Shown: in pieces, positions 12,322 to 25,261 of the stretch
How positions within the stretch are numbered: the first letter of the stretch is position 1
How the letters are laid out: every line of letters starts with the position of its first letter
Assembly: GCA_047495785.1 (NCBI GenBank)
Contig: JBLDXI010000032.1
Location: 1,550,001-1,614,000, forward strand
Direction of reading: 5' to 3'
Length of the DNA: 64,000 nt
Source of the DNA: Lepidodermella squamata
Taxonomy: Eukaryota > Animalia > Gastrotricha
Notes under the pieces: model-generated
What the model was told of the DNA's origin: nothing
What the model saw: only the letters and a program-made list of their open reading frames with translations
Database searches by the model: none
Program-made: the position numbers and the translations under genes

Positions 12322-14746
12322 TTAGCATTTATTGAATTGCTGACAGGTACCGCGTGAAAGCATCAAATGAAACCAAATTAGGCCGATAAAAGTAACTGAG
12401 TGAACCGTTTGAAAGCTTTGACCGGAATTATCAGCGAGTCCTTCATCCTGAGGCGTCTTCCCATGCGACGGAAGACAAATTTCAGTAATACGCCTCTGTT
12501 GAATGAAAGATTGATGATGAAATCAGGTGGAAAATTAGTATGAAACTCACCGCCGTTTCATGCGTAGGACCACGCAATCCAGCTGCACACGCTAACGCCA
12601 ACCTTGAAATGAATCAAGTTCAAATTGAATTTATTGAAAGCGAAGAATTCGACATACGCTATGTAAGACTGTTCGAATACACCTGAGAACAGTTCCGAGT
12701 AGACTCCCGTGGCGTACACAGGAACATCCTCGCCGCCGTGAGTTTCGGTTCCAAGCGGAACTTGAAAAAATTATCAAATTTAATCACGGACTTTTTCATT
12801 TTTTCGTGAGCATTTCAATGCCCTAATAAGGTAGATATATAAGGTAGATAGGCTTCTAAGAAGACTTCTAATTTTTCAGGTTTAATCTTTCATTCTTACC
12901 TCTGCTCTGCTGCCTGTATCCACGAGCAGTTGCTTCTTCAACAGTGATATTCTGCCGGCTCCCTGAGTAGTCGAACTTGCCATCAGCCCTAACTAATAGG
13001 GCGCCAGGGCCGTTTGCGTACATCAGAGCGGTGTATGTTTTGTTGTCATCCGCCAGATCGACTCCAATACCGAGTATGCTATCTTCATGGCGAAGGTAAC
13101 CTCCAATTGTTAGAGTGTGACTATGATCCGCAGTTACAACGATGATCGTTTCGGATAGGTCGACCATTGATACGACCTTTTCAATCGCTCGATCGAATTC
13201 GATGCCCTCAGTTAGGGCGAAACGGGCGATTCCCCAATGATGGCCATGATCAATGCGACCTCTTAAAACAGCTATCATTGCCGAAATCCTAGAAAATGCA
13301 ATGGATCAAAGCATACCCCTCAACGAACAGGAAAAATCCATTTTCGTTTCGACTCAGAATATTGACTGCTTTTTCAGCCATGTCAACTAGTCTTGGCTGG
13401 TTTGGCCTTGGATATGCGTCTACGAAGTCAAAATGGCCCCAGTTGAACAAACCAAGAACATAGTCGATATTTGCATCGTCCAGAGCTTTCAATTCAGAGA
13501 TTCTAGATACAAATTTTGCGTACTTGCCACCTTTGGATCGGTCTACCAGCCATTCCTGTTTGAAAGAGTTAAAAAGAGGAATGTTATTCGCAAATGAAGA
13601 GGCAAACTTGAATAAGGTTACGTCCATCAGTTCTCGCGCCAGCTATGCCGTTATCGTCGGGATGTTTGATTGAGGTAGGTAAGAACTTTTTTCATGAATA
13701 GAGTTGTCCACGGATAACCAGCTTTTATGGTAAGTATATAAAGCTTACGTAACCTCGTCCACCGGCAAACGCGACTTTGAGGTGGTGAGCGTTTTCTAGG
13801 AATTGAATGGCCAGGTCTTTGCATTGCGGGTGGGTGACGTGAAATCTATGCTAAAATCAAGAGGTTCAGGTTTTTCAGTTCCCAAATAGTCATAGGCACC
13901 TGGGTATAGTTGAGAAACTCGTATCTGCGAAGGGGAGCCGGGATGTTTGCATAGAGAGGTGAAGGTGACGCATGGGTGAGTGTGGTAGTCGTTACAACAC
14001 CAGCGACCTTGCCTTCTCGAACGGCCCAGTGAGCCAATGAATCGACATAACCTTTATTTGTCTCTGAAATATCGAGTTTTGACGCGGAATATTCTATCAT
14101 GGAAAGCTTGGGAAATTATACCGCATGTCAAGTCGCCAGTAGCATCTAGTCCGATGAAACCCTTTCGGGTTTTAACGCCTGACAAATACGCCGTAGCTGT
14201 CCCAGCACTGTCAGCGATTACGCTGTCCAATTCATAAGTCTGGAATGTGAAAGCTGTTGTTAGAAAAATTCTCAAGATTAAACCTCTGACTTTTGAGAAC
14301 CCAGAGAAGGGGAAAGTGTCCCAAATCATGTGATTTTTGTAGAACGGGTCCTTGCTGTAGGCCTCTTTTAATTTCCGCATAGCAGTAACTCCAGATACGC
14401 CCATACCATCACCAACAAAAAGAATCTAGAGAATCTTTACGTAGTTGCGTGTGAGGCTACATAAAAATCCTTACAATATTCTTTGCACGCCGATTAGTGC
14501 TAGAATGGCTGAAGCCCATACTTTTCAACTTATCAATCCGAGCAGCGATTGCGTCTATGCTTTCTTTGTACCAATATTCAGCATTCAGCTTTTCGTCGAG
14601 ACCTGAGTCCAAATCGATACTGAACGGACGGCTTTCAACTGAGAATTGGAGATAAGGCGTATACAATCTGTCGAAATTGTTTTTGGTAAAGTTTTACCTA
14701 AACTGAAGCATAGTGCCAAAATTGTAACCGCCATAGGACTATACAT
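12322..14746 (-). CDS. Alkaline phosphatase 2
   Basis: Same exon layout as AP1. Signal MYSPMAVTILALCFSL; [39 protein letters not shown]. Confidence 0.92.
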
Positions 14747-15424
14747 GATCGTTTCAATGAAGGTTCTACATAAATTTCTACTGGCGGCAGTTTAATTGCG
14801 ATGCTCCAGCTGCTAACGAAGTAGTGTTGGGAAAGTTCTGAAGGTGGATTTTGCTCTGAATAAGATACACGTAGAGAATAGAGTTACCAGCAGAGACCAG
14901 CAGAGAACTCCTATTGGAAACTTTTCGTAGAATTTCATTATGGCGGATCTTTTTGAAACTTTTGAACATGTTTACATGTAAAACAAGGGTGTTTTTCCAA
15001 GCGCTATTGCCCCTTATCCCCCATCAAAGAATTCAAATGTTTCCATTTTAATCGATGGGGGTTGGTTTCAACTATAACCTGTTCAAAGGAATCCATACGG
15101 AAATGAACGGTTTTGGCGCCATAGCGGTTTTCCCGAAGGTCTTTATTTCGGGGGTTCAAAAATTGGTGTTTTTGCCTTGATCGGACTATCGCTTTCTTTG
15201 GTGTTTGAACTTCCAATAATTTGAATGTCAAACTAGTGTCAAACTAGTTGGAATCATTGCTAAATAAGATGGCTACGCTTCTGAATAAGGGCTGGGTAAG
15301 TTAGGTATACGCGCTTGAAGTTTAAACCATAAAAAATACATCCGAAAACCGTTCAAAAGTCATAGCAACGATCAATTGATCAATCAGCGTGCACGCCAAA
15401 GTTCAACTTTTTAGTGGTTCCACA

Positions 15425-16255
15425 ATGGAATTTTTCAGCGAGCCATACTTCATTTGACAGGGAGATTTCTTGATTCTTTGCTCAGTCAAAAACATTCACC
15501 GTAAAATTGGGAAATAGAAAATTCAAAATGCAGCTGATAAAAAAAATGGGGCATGCATCATTCTTTTTTCAAATAGATAAAGTTCGCGATGAATTGATCA
15601 CCCTCTTCACCAAGAGCAACAACTCTGCGATTGCTGCCTTGCCTGAATACAAGACGATTCATGGCTTAGTGAACAAAAGAAAATTAGCGACTCCTTATTG
15701 ATTGTGGGGCTTCGGGTACGGTAATTCCTGCAAAATGGCCGATTCGAGCCGAAGGTGCAGTGCCTCGTCGTCTCGTTAGAACCCGGGCTCAACCCTTAGA
15801 ATACGGATCTAGTGAAACCTCGGTGGCGCAAATGGGCAGCTCGCCGCCCATCTCACCATGCCTCACTGTGAATGATTACTGGTTTAACGGCAACTTGAAG
15901 CGTAGGTTTGCAAACGATTATCAAGTCCAAAACTGCTTTGATGGCTGCGGTCAAAAATGAGTGCCGAGCGATGGAAGAGACAAAGGTGAGTACTTGGAAG
16001 GGCTATCAATCAGTTCCGCGATCGCGTAAATGGGGGCTCAATTACAGCGCATCTGCGCTGCGCTGCTGACATAGCTCCAAAAAATAGTCCCTCGTATTTT
16101 TAAATTCGTTCATTAGGTTTGCACTCAACCTAAAAAAATTGCTAATTCTTGAAAAATTATTGAGGAGTAAATTCTGATTAATTCAGCAGCTCTTTTGACT
16201 TCTACTTCATAGCTCTTGATTGTGCGCCAATGATTAGTATGAATAGTGATCACGT
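15425..16255. repeat. Diverged copy B of the duplicated spacer, with a decayed exon-like segment
   Basis: Homologous to 10255-10790, with an extra ~260-bp internal segment. Acceptor-like caaatag at ~15576 and donor-like gtgagt at ~15986. Confidence 0.75.
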
Positions 16256-16956
16256 CGCCCCTTTTGCCCTATAAGGACAAGTTTTCAAAAACCCATGTAT
16301 GAGCGCAGCCCCGTAGTAATTCATATTTTTGCGATCGGCGTATTTTGTTTCCCGGGCAGCAGAAGTATGGCAGAAGCGTTACCCTTGTTGTCTACTATTT
16401 CGCATAAGATGCGAGCAATCTGTAAGTTTTCTTGCATAAAAACGCATATGCGCTCCATTTTTTATGCACGATGAGCAATGTGACAGCGGTTAGCTTGCAT
16501 AATAGTTCAGACTTTCTGCATAAAAACCTGGCTTTCTTGCAGTTGGTGCCCGGTATTCTACAGTAGTATATTCCCCGCCAAAGCAGGCTTTCCTGGCAAA
16601 AACTGAATTGTTGCCCCAAGCCAGAATATATTTCTCGCACAGTCAATCACAGTTGCACCCGTTTGGTTTCGATGTCTTTGTCTTCATTGTCTTCAATCTT
16701 CAAGAAAACTACAAAAACTTGATTGAGATAGAAGCAGTGTGTGACGGCGATGCATATACTTTTTGTTCAAATTGCCGCTCAGAATTGAATTTTTAGAATC
16801 CATTTTTTATGGATAATTAGGAATTGTCGGTCAATAAAACGGCAAAATATTTTTCTGAGTTGGCGAATTCTGTACAGTCTGTCCCGACAGTGGTAGTAGC
16901 GCCGAAATAATTAGCATTTTGATTTGATACATCCAAGATCATTAACATTTATTGAA

Positions 16957-19267
16957 TTAGTGACTGGTAACACGTGAAAGTATCAAATGAAACCAAATTA
17001 GGCCGGTGAAAGTTATTGAGAGAACCGGTGGAAAACTTGGACCAGAATTATTCACGGGTTCTCCAAACCAGGACGTCTTCCCATGTGGTGGAGGACACAT
17101 GTCAGCAATACGCCTCTGTTGAATGAAAGATTGATGATGAAATCAGACAATAATAGTAGTATGAAACTCACCGCCGTTTCTTGCGTAGGACCACGCAGTC
17201 CAGCAGCACATGCTAAAGACCACCTTGAAATGTATCAAGTTGAATTGAATTCATTGAAAGTGAAAAATTCGACATACGCTATGTAAGACTGTTCGAAAAC
17301 ACCTGAGAACAGTTCTGAGTAGACTCCCGTGGCGTACACAGGAACATCCTCGCCGCCGTGAGTTTCGGATTTAAATGGAACTTGAAAAATATCAAATTTG
17401 ATCAGTATAATTTGGCAAATCAACGATGATTACCTCTGCTTTGCTGCAGGTATCGGCGAGCAGTTGTTTCTTCGACAGTGTTATTCTGCCGGCTCCCTGA
17501 GTAGCCGAGCTTGCCATCAGCCCCTACTAATGCGGCACCAGGGCCGTTTGCGTACATCAGAGCGGAGTACGTTTTATTGTCATCCGCCAGGTCCACACCA
17601 ATACCGAGTATGTTATCTTCATGTCGCAGGTAGCCTCCCATTGTCAGAGTGTGACTATGATCCGCAGTTACAACAATGAGTGTCTCGGTTAGATCGACCA
17701 TTGATAATACTTTTTCAATCGCTCGATCGAATTCGATGCCCTCAGTTAGGGCGTAACGAGCGATTCCATCGTGGTGGCCATGGTCGATTCGGCCTCTTAA
17801 TTAAAGTCATTAATCATTGCCAATATCATAGCACATTGAAACAATCAGAACGTACCCTTCAATGAACAGAAAATATCCGTTTTGGTTTCGACTCAGAATA
17901 TTGACTGCCTTTTCAGCCATGTCAACTAGTCTTGGCTGGTTTGGTCCTGGATTGGCGTCTACGAAGGCTAAATGGTCCCAGTTGAACAGACCAAGGGCAT
18001 AGTCGACATTCGCTTCGTCAATTGCTTTCATTTCAGAGATTGTAGATACATATTTTGCGTACTTGCCACCTTTGGATCGGTCTACCAGCCATTCCTGTAT
18101 GAAGCGGCTAACAAGAGGAATTTCGTTCGCAAATGAAGGGACATACTTCAATGAGGTTACGTCCATCAGTTCTCGCGCCAACTTTGCCGTTATCGTCGGG
18201 ATGTGTAACTGAGGTTGGCGTAAACTATTATCAACAGAATGGTCCACGGAATGAGCTTTCACCGTATATCTAATAGCTTACATAACCGCGCCCACCGGCA
18301 AACGCGACCTTGAGGTGGCGAGCATTTTCAAGGAATTGAACGGCCAGGTCTTTGCACTTCGGATGGGTGACGTGAAATTCATGCTAAATTCGAAAGTTTC
18401 AGGCTTCAGCTTTTTCAGTTCCCAAATAGTCATACCTTGGTATAGTTGAGAAACTCGTATTTGCGAAGGGGAGCCGGGATGTTTGCATAGAGAGGTGAAG
18501 GTGACGCATGGGTGAGTGTGGTAGTCGTTACAACACCAGCGACCTTGCCTTCTCGAACGGCCCAGTGAGCCAATGAATCTACATGCCCTTTATTTGTCTC
18601 TGAAATATCGAGTTTTGACGCGGAATATTCTATCATGGAAAGCTTGGGAAATTATACCGCATGTCAAGTCGCCAGTAGCATCTAATCCGATGAAACCCAT
18701 TCGGGTTTTAACGCCTGACAAATACGCCGTAGCAGTTCCAGTACTATCAGCAATTACGCTGTCCAATTCATAGGTCTGGAATGTGAATTGATTAGAAGAA
18801 TTATTAAGGCTACAAATCGAACTTTTGAGAACCCAGAGAAGGGAAAAGCGTCCCAAATCATGTGGTTCTTGTAGAATGGGTCATTGCTGTAAGTCTCTTT
18901 GAATTTCCGCATTGCAGTAACTCCAGAAACACCCATACCATCACCAACAAAAAGGATCTAGGGAATATCCTTCAATTGCGTACAACGCTGACTAGAAATA
19001 TTTACAATATTTCTTGCACGCCGATTTCTGTTTGAATGGCTGAAACCCATCCTTTCCAGCTTGTTAATCCGAGCTGCGATTGCATCTATGCTTTCTTTGT
19101 ACCAATATTCAGCATTCAGCTTTTCGCCGAGAGCTGGGTCAAACTCCATAATGAACGGACGACTTTCAACTGAGAATTGGAGATTAAGCATGCAATATTA
19201 TTTTCGGCACAGTTTTACCTAAGCTGAGGCATAGTGCCAAAATTGTACCCGCCGTAGGACCATACAT
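16957..19267 (-). CDS. Alkaline phosphatase 3
   Basis: Paralog of AP2 (offset ~4.5 kb). Signal MYGPTAGTILALCLSL; [36 protein letters not shown]. Confidence 0.92.
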
Positions 19268-20294
19268 GATTGATTCAACGAATGCCCTATAAAAGTTTCT
19301 TATGGGTGACAATTCAATTGCGATGCTAACGAAAATATGCTGGGAGTTTGAAAGGTGTCTTTTTGCTCATGCAGAACACCAGCTAAACTTAGCGACGTGC
19401 ACACAATAGTGGGCCAGAGCTGTTAGGATGTTAAAAACAAGGTGCACCAGCTTTATCCACTGGTTGAAATATTTGCTTGTATTTCCAGCGATTAGGCCGC
19501 TGGAAAGGATCGTTATCATATACAATGTTGGGTTACCTTTTATTCCAGTTCGATGAAGCGTTTCAATTTCACTGCGCAAAAAATAAATGTACGCATGTTC
19601 AACTGAATTTCAATTCTGATTCAGGATGCGCGTCAATTAGTTCTGGGACAACAGCATTTACAAACTATACCCACTTCACTGATACGATATTTTTAAAAGC
19701 TGGGATCAGATAAAAAAAGGAGCGCTATTTAAATCTCCAACAGGGAGATATGATACTCAATACTCAATACGAAATGAGTTATTGAGCTGTTCAATTTTGA
19801 CTCGCATTGTTTCGCCAGGGTTGAGTGTGTTTCAAATTTTGCCTCATTTTATATTGCTTTACGTTAATATTTATTCAAATACACGATTATCAAACATTTT
19901 CGGTGTTGGGTGCGGCTTCAAATATAAACCACGCATTTTGCTCGCCATCATCAGGCCGTCTTTTCTTTTTCAGCCTTCTCTATTTCATAGTTTCATTATT
20001 TTTAGGCATCCGAAACCGTAATCCGCTTGCGCTGAAGTGTTACTGCCATTGGTCAAATGTCAAATATATAATTTAATGTAACAAAAACACAAAAGTTACC
20101 ACGTTTCAGCTTATCTCATGACTTGCCGCAGGCTTAAGCGAATTACTTCACGCCTCTGACCACGGCCAACGGGCAAACATGTGTTAGCTAACATTTAGGC
20201 GGTAAGTCAACTTTGAAAATATAGAGCACTGACCGGCAGCCTTAAATTCGTTCATTTCAACATAATTCTGCTTTGGAATATGTCGTGCTTTAGG

Positions 20295-20753
20295 ATGAAG
20301 CAATACACAGGTAATACCATTCATGCACTTGAGGTAGTAAAGTCTTAATTTTACCGAAATAGTTGTATCGATTCTGGGCCTTTTTCTTCTCGTCAGTCTG
20401 GCCGCAGCTCAGGGGCAAACCGATTGCCGCACGCCCATCATAAGGTGATTACATGATTTGCACTCTTATCCGCAAGTCACAAATATTCTCTAAAATTGAA
20501 CTTTTATTCCCTGCAGCGCTGCCCTCGACAGGTGCTTAGGATCGGTCAATCAGTCCAGGTGCTGGAATTGCCTCACTAGGAGATGTTGGCCAAGGTACGA
20601 TGTGAAAAATTGTGCCGAAGCTGCCGCTTGTTTCGCGTGAGTTAACATTTGACTGTTCATGCTGATGCTGATGCATTTCATTTTCACTCACATAGAGCTA
20701 ACGTCTGGGATTGCTCTCATGGCCAATTTATCGTCAACGATGTTCCTACATGA
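20295..20753 (+). CDS. Secreted 8-Cys small protein, family member 2 (RRCWP subgroup), 4 exons
   Basis: Exons 20295-20310, 20363-20444, 20517-20636, 20696-20753 (an in-frame ATG also at 20280). Protein MKQYTVVSILGLFLLVSLAAA-QGQTDCRTPIISAALDRCLGSVNQSRCWNCLTRRCWPRYDVKNCAEAAACFAANVWDCSHGQFIVNDVPT*. AATAAA at ~20868. Confidence 0.9.
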
Positions 20754-20923
20754 GCTGCCGAGTTAAGACCATTTAAAATCGATTCAGAGGATCAGACTTT
20801 CTGTGTGGACGACGTGGCTGTGCAAATACTGTAAATGTCTTTGATTCATTCTCGTAGCGAATTTCAGGAATAAAAAAAAACATAAAGAAATTCCATGTCA
20901 GAGCAATACGCGAATCCGAGCAA

Positions 20924-21745
20924 CACAGTAAAAAAAAACTCGGTTTTCACCCAGTTGGAAAAACGGAATTTACCGTGTAGCGTTTACGGAACTCGGTAAA
21001 AACCAGATCACAACCGAGTTTTTGCTAATTTTCGCAGTTACCGACCTAGTACAACCCAGTAAGAACCATGCATCTACGAAATATCGGTTATGAACCTGGT
21101 TTGTACCGACTTTGTACCGACTTTGCCACATTTCTACAGAAAATATTTCCAAGTCCCTATTCCCATTGGATCGCATGATGAATCGTACTACCCCTCGAAA
21201 ATTAGGTAGGGTATGCAGTGGGCAACTTCATACAGCTGGCATACAGTTCGCAAACGCTAATTTGAAAAAATTGGAAAAATTCATGAAAAACTTAAGAGTC
21301 GTTATTAAGGTCATGTGTAGAAGTAGGAGCCGTGGTCTAGTGGTAACGCGCGCGCTGTATGAATCCAAGGTCCCGAGTTCGAGCCTCGCTTGATGACGTA
21401 AGTTAACTTATCATTTAATTTGTTTAATATTCTTTCAAATATTGTTTCTAATCATCGATTATTAAAAATCATCGATAATAATCGAGGGGTCGATACTCTG
21501 TAAATACCGAGATCACAGCTATATCGGTATATACCCATAAAGCTGAATGGGTTATTACCGTGTTTTTCGAAGCTCGGTTAGTTCCAGCCCGGTTTTAACC
21601 GTGTTCGATGGAACCCGGTAAAACTCCTAAACCCCGTAATGACCGAATGTGCACAAGGTTTTTTTCCCTTTTTGATTAACATGTAAACTGGTTATTACTG
21701 GGTAGCTTATTTGGCACGGTAAACACCGAGTTTTTTTTTACTGTG
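20924..21745. mobile_element. Non-autonomous DNA transposon (MITE-like), probably CMC/EnSpm-CACTA type
   Basis: Perfect 21-bp TIRs CACAGTAAAAAAAAACTCGGT (20924-20944 and 21725-21745), flanked by AA on both sides (2-bp TSD). Repeated ACCGAG/CTCGGT subterminal motifs. No transposase ORF. Confidence 0.85.
21326..21397 (+). other. tRNA-derived Pol III promoter (SINE head or pseudo-tRNA) inside the MITE
   Basis: A box TGGTCTAGTGG (21333-21343), B box GAGTTCGAGCC (21375-21385) and a paired T-arm (CGAG/CTCG). Acceptor and anticodon stems do not pair. Confidence 0.7.
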
Positions 21746-22256
21746 AATGGTCTATACTTTCGACCAACTTCGATGATTTTATAGTTTATAGTTTGTGATG
21801 GCGTGCCTCGAGATTTTCTGACATATCTGTCATTTATTACTAGCCTAGTCCAAACACACGATAGGCTTGGTGAAAATTGGAGAATGGCATGACTTATTAG
21901 CTGAAATCCTTCCAGTTCGATGCGAACAAACATGACAGCTTCATCATAACCAGATCTTCTTACAGTCTAACGGGGGCATTATTAGGGTACCTTGCTCATT
22001 ATAGAATAGGCTTGACGATCCTAACCATTAAATTTCCTTGGGTGACATCGGCACTGGCACTGGTGGCAAAAGCAAGAAATAAAGACGCAACAGCATATTT
22101 TTATTGTGCATATTTTAAGCCCTAACGCATTCAAAGCATCAGATCAGTTTTAAATTATTTAGATTTTTAATAAACACTTTGATAACAAAAGTCGATCTCA
22201 TAAACTTCTGCCGGTTCTTCATTCATTTGATTATCAGCAGGACAAACTCACAAGCT

Positions 22257-24787
22257 ATGACAATCAAATTGTTCTTAGCTGTAATCTTAGGCTCTGGTCT
22301 CAGCGTCCAAAAAACTGAAGCAAAAATAATTCCAATGAATACGACCATACCAGAATCTATGCGTTCAGACATCTGGAGGGAGAGTGACAATTTCACGGAC
22401 TTGCAGGACCGGCCGAAGTTGCTGCGTGTCCTGACATCCATGATCTACTCTGGACTGAATCATGTCGGACCTACTTCAGTTCTAGCCGTAAGACTGGCGA
22501 CTGAAAAGCTGAAAGCGCTGCCAAACTGGTTGCCAGGCTACGACATACAATACGATTTGATTGATGATCAATGCGATGATGCAGTTGCAATAAACGAAAT
22601 GACAAAAAAGTTGCGTTATTACGAGGAAGTCGAGAACAAAGCCGTGTTGCCGCTGGCTGGCCTTATGGAATACGCAGCTGATAGCCAAATGAAATTAGCA
22701 AATATAATGAAAGGTTTCAACATGATTGGCATGAATATTTACCTGACACCTCAAGTTGCGGCGAACAAGAAGCGATATCCAAACTACCTGCCTTTCGGTG
22801 AGCCTCAAGACTATTTTGTTCCTGCTGGTCTCGACTTCATGCAGAAAATGGGCTGGAATCGTTTTGCTGTAATATCGGACACAAGCTCATACGATGTTAT
22901 GGTACGTTTTCAACTGTGATCGTGAATCCCACCTCATATGTTTCTTCTCTTTTTTTAAAGCTCGATTCGGTAGTTGTTAAGGAGGCTGAGGCGCGCAAGA
23001 TGCATATTGTATTCATGGGCCGGTTTTGGGAAGGCACAGAAGATGCTTACGAACTTGATTCTTTATTCAGCGACTTGAAACACAAGGAGCCGAGAATCAT
23101 TTATCAGAACACAATGAGAAACGGCCTGCCTGTCGCATGTTACCTTCACAAGTATGGCCTCTACGGTCCTAGGATGGTGATTATATCATACTCTTGGACA
23201 ATGTTCGATGAAAATACTCCGATACCAGAATTTTTGCAATCATGGTGCTCTACAAGTATGATCCTCGAAGTTTTGCAAAGCTCGATTTTTTTCGCAGATG
23301 GCCCGATGGCTGATGTTTATGGCCCAGATGCGAAGGACTCTATGGGCTACACCAAAGATGGCTTTTTGGACATTCTGAGGAACAGCGTCGACGACATTTT
23401 TCAGGCCAATAGCTATGAATACATCACTCCGATCTTTTATGACAAAGCTATCATTATGGGATACATACTGAATTACACCGAAACCTATTTAAGGCAAGAA
23501 AACTCAACACTCTCCGAGTGGACCATGGATTCGCCCCATTACAAACGCAATCCCCAGAAAATTCTTCGGATATTCAAGGAAATGGCAGGTAAAATAGATT
23601 TGGTTGGAATTAAGGGGGATTGGAGTTATGATACCAAAAGGGATTTGCCATCAGGGGGTATGCCGATCATCTTCCTCCAAGTGAAAGTATCAGACGGCCA
23701 CAGTATGCCTACAACAATCGGCTATTACAAATCGAACAGATTGCCTGAGAAATTGGTGTTGTATAAAGAACAAATCACCTGGGACACAGCAGATGGCAGT
23801 GCTCCCAAAGACGAACTGACAATCGTTCACATAGGGAAGCCCCTTCTCCCTCTGATAGTCAACATAGCCCTTCTTTTTGTTGCTGGAATCATTTACGGTG
23901 TTATTCTAGTCATCATTGCTTTGAAGTTGAAGCTTGATAGAAAGCAAAATCATCGTGATTACCAAATCATTGCTGGAAATGTTGTGCTGCTTTCACACGT
24001 TTTCGCTATTCCAATTGGACTTTTGAAGGATCCAAGCTGGAATTGTGGAGCAGTGGCTATGCTGGTCGTTATTGGATTTTCGATTCTTCTATCAGCATTG
24101 CTGGAAAATCTGGCTGATGGAGTAAGAAAGCTATCGAGCCCTGATCGTGAATCGAGCAAGCGTTTTCCAACGTTTTACCGTAAAGCTCATTTCACAGTAT
24201 ATGGGCCGCCTGCTTTCCTCTTGATAGGCATTTTGCTCTCAAACTCTGGCAGTGAGCTAGTTCTATTGGAATTTGAGTTCTCTGAGACTGACAGCAGTTT
24301 GGCCTATCAGTATGAATTCATGGAATGCCGATTGATTTCTGCATTATGGGAGACTACTACCGCATTGGCATTCACGGCGATCGCAGCTGCCGTTATGTTA
24401 TTATCCTTGTTTCGCGCCACTTTTTTGGCATTCAGAGCGATTTCTCTCATCAAGAAGCGAGGCGGGAGCCCTAATAGCTCACGCGACTTGAAATTGAATG
24501 CCATCTCCGTCTATTTGATCGTCAGTTTTTGCTTCGCAGGCTTGTTTATTGGATTGCTGTTGGGTGATGCTAATGCCGCGTTGACTATTTTGATTGCCAT
24601 CATCGCATTTCTCATCGTTGCATTTAGCATCAGCAGCACTGCATGGGTACTGCTATCGGCGGCGGAACCGCAGACATGTCGACCTGTTACGTCAACTATA
24701 ATAAATGTGCGTCCAGCATCGTCAACAAACACCAATCTCAGCAGACTAGGCTCGTTACCTACCTCAAACCTAATCAGTCATTACTAG
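22257..24787 (+). CDS. Divergent class C GPCR, GABA-B-receptor-like (Venus flytrap + 7TM, no Cys-rich linker), ~823 aa
   Basis: Signal peptide, LPGYDIQYDLIDDQCD, YPNYL, MGWNRFAVIS, EPRII, ITWDTADGSAPKD, seven hydrophobic segments. Single phase-0 intron 22902-22960. Confidence 0.85.
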
Positions 24788-25261
24788 TCACGAAAGGTCT
24801 GCGTTGATAGTTGATATACGCAGTAGCTTGAATCAAGCGCAAATGTTGTAAAACTGTTGTTTTTGAACTTATCTTGTGATGAAATGTATGAACTATCGCG
24901 TGATAAAACTGTCCAAGGACGATGACTGCGATGTCAAAAGCAGATCTGGTCTAGTTCGCGCTAATCAGTTAGTATCGCGCATTCGATCTGATTAGCCGAT
25001 CAGTAGACTGCGTGAATTTTTCTTCAGACTTGCGTTAATTTATCCTTGCTAAAAATACAATTGAAAAGCTAAAAGAAAGTGAGTTGAAATATGTAACAAG
25101 GCCAAGAATGACCTAGTTCCCCGCTGTTTATTGAGCAAAATATAGTTACTAGTAAATGCAAATTGTTGTCAAATTGCAAAGTGAAATCAATCGCATTTTT
25201 CAAATTCCGGAATTACAGTGCTCCTTGATGGTGCCAAATGAAAAGTTTGTTAGAAGAAAAT

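Noticed and set aside
16340-16630. Possible MITE with GCATAA repeats
   Set aside because: Only weak terminal complementarity and no convincing TSD.
20924-20944. Transib/RAG-like element, because the TIR begins CACAGT like an RSS heptamer
   Set aside because: No 5-bp TSD; the 2-bp AA duplication and subterminal repeats fit CMC/EnSpm better.
21326-21397. Functional tRNA gene
   Set aside because: Acceptor and anticodon stems cannot pair; kept only as a tRNA-derived promoter.
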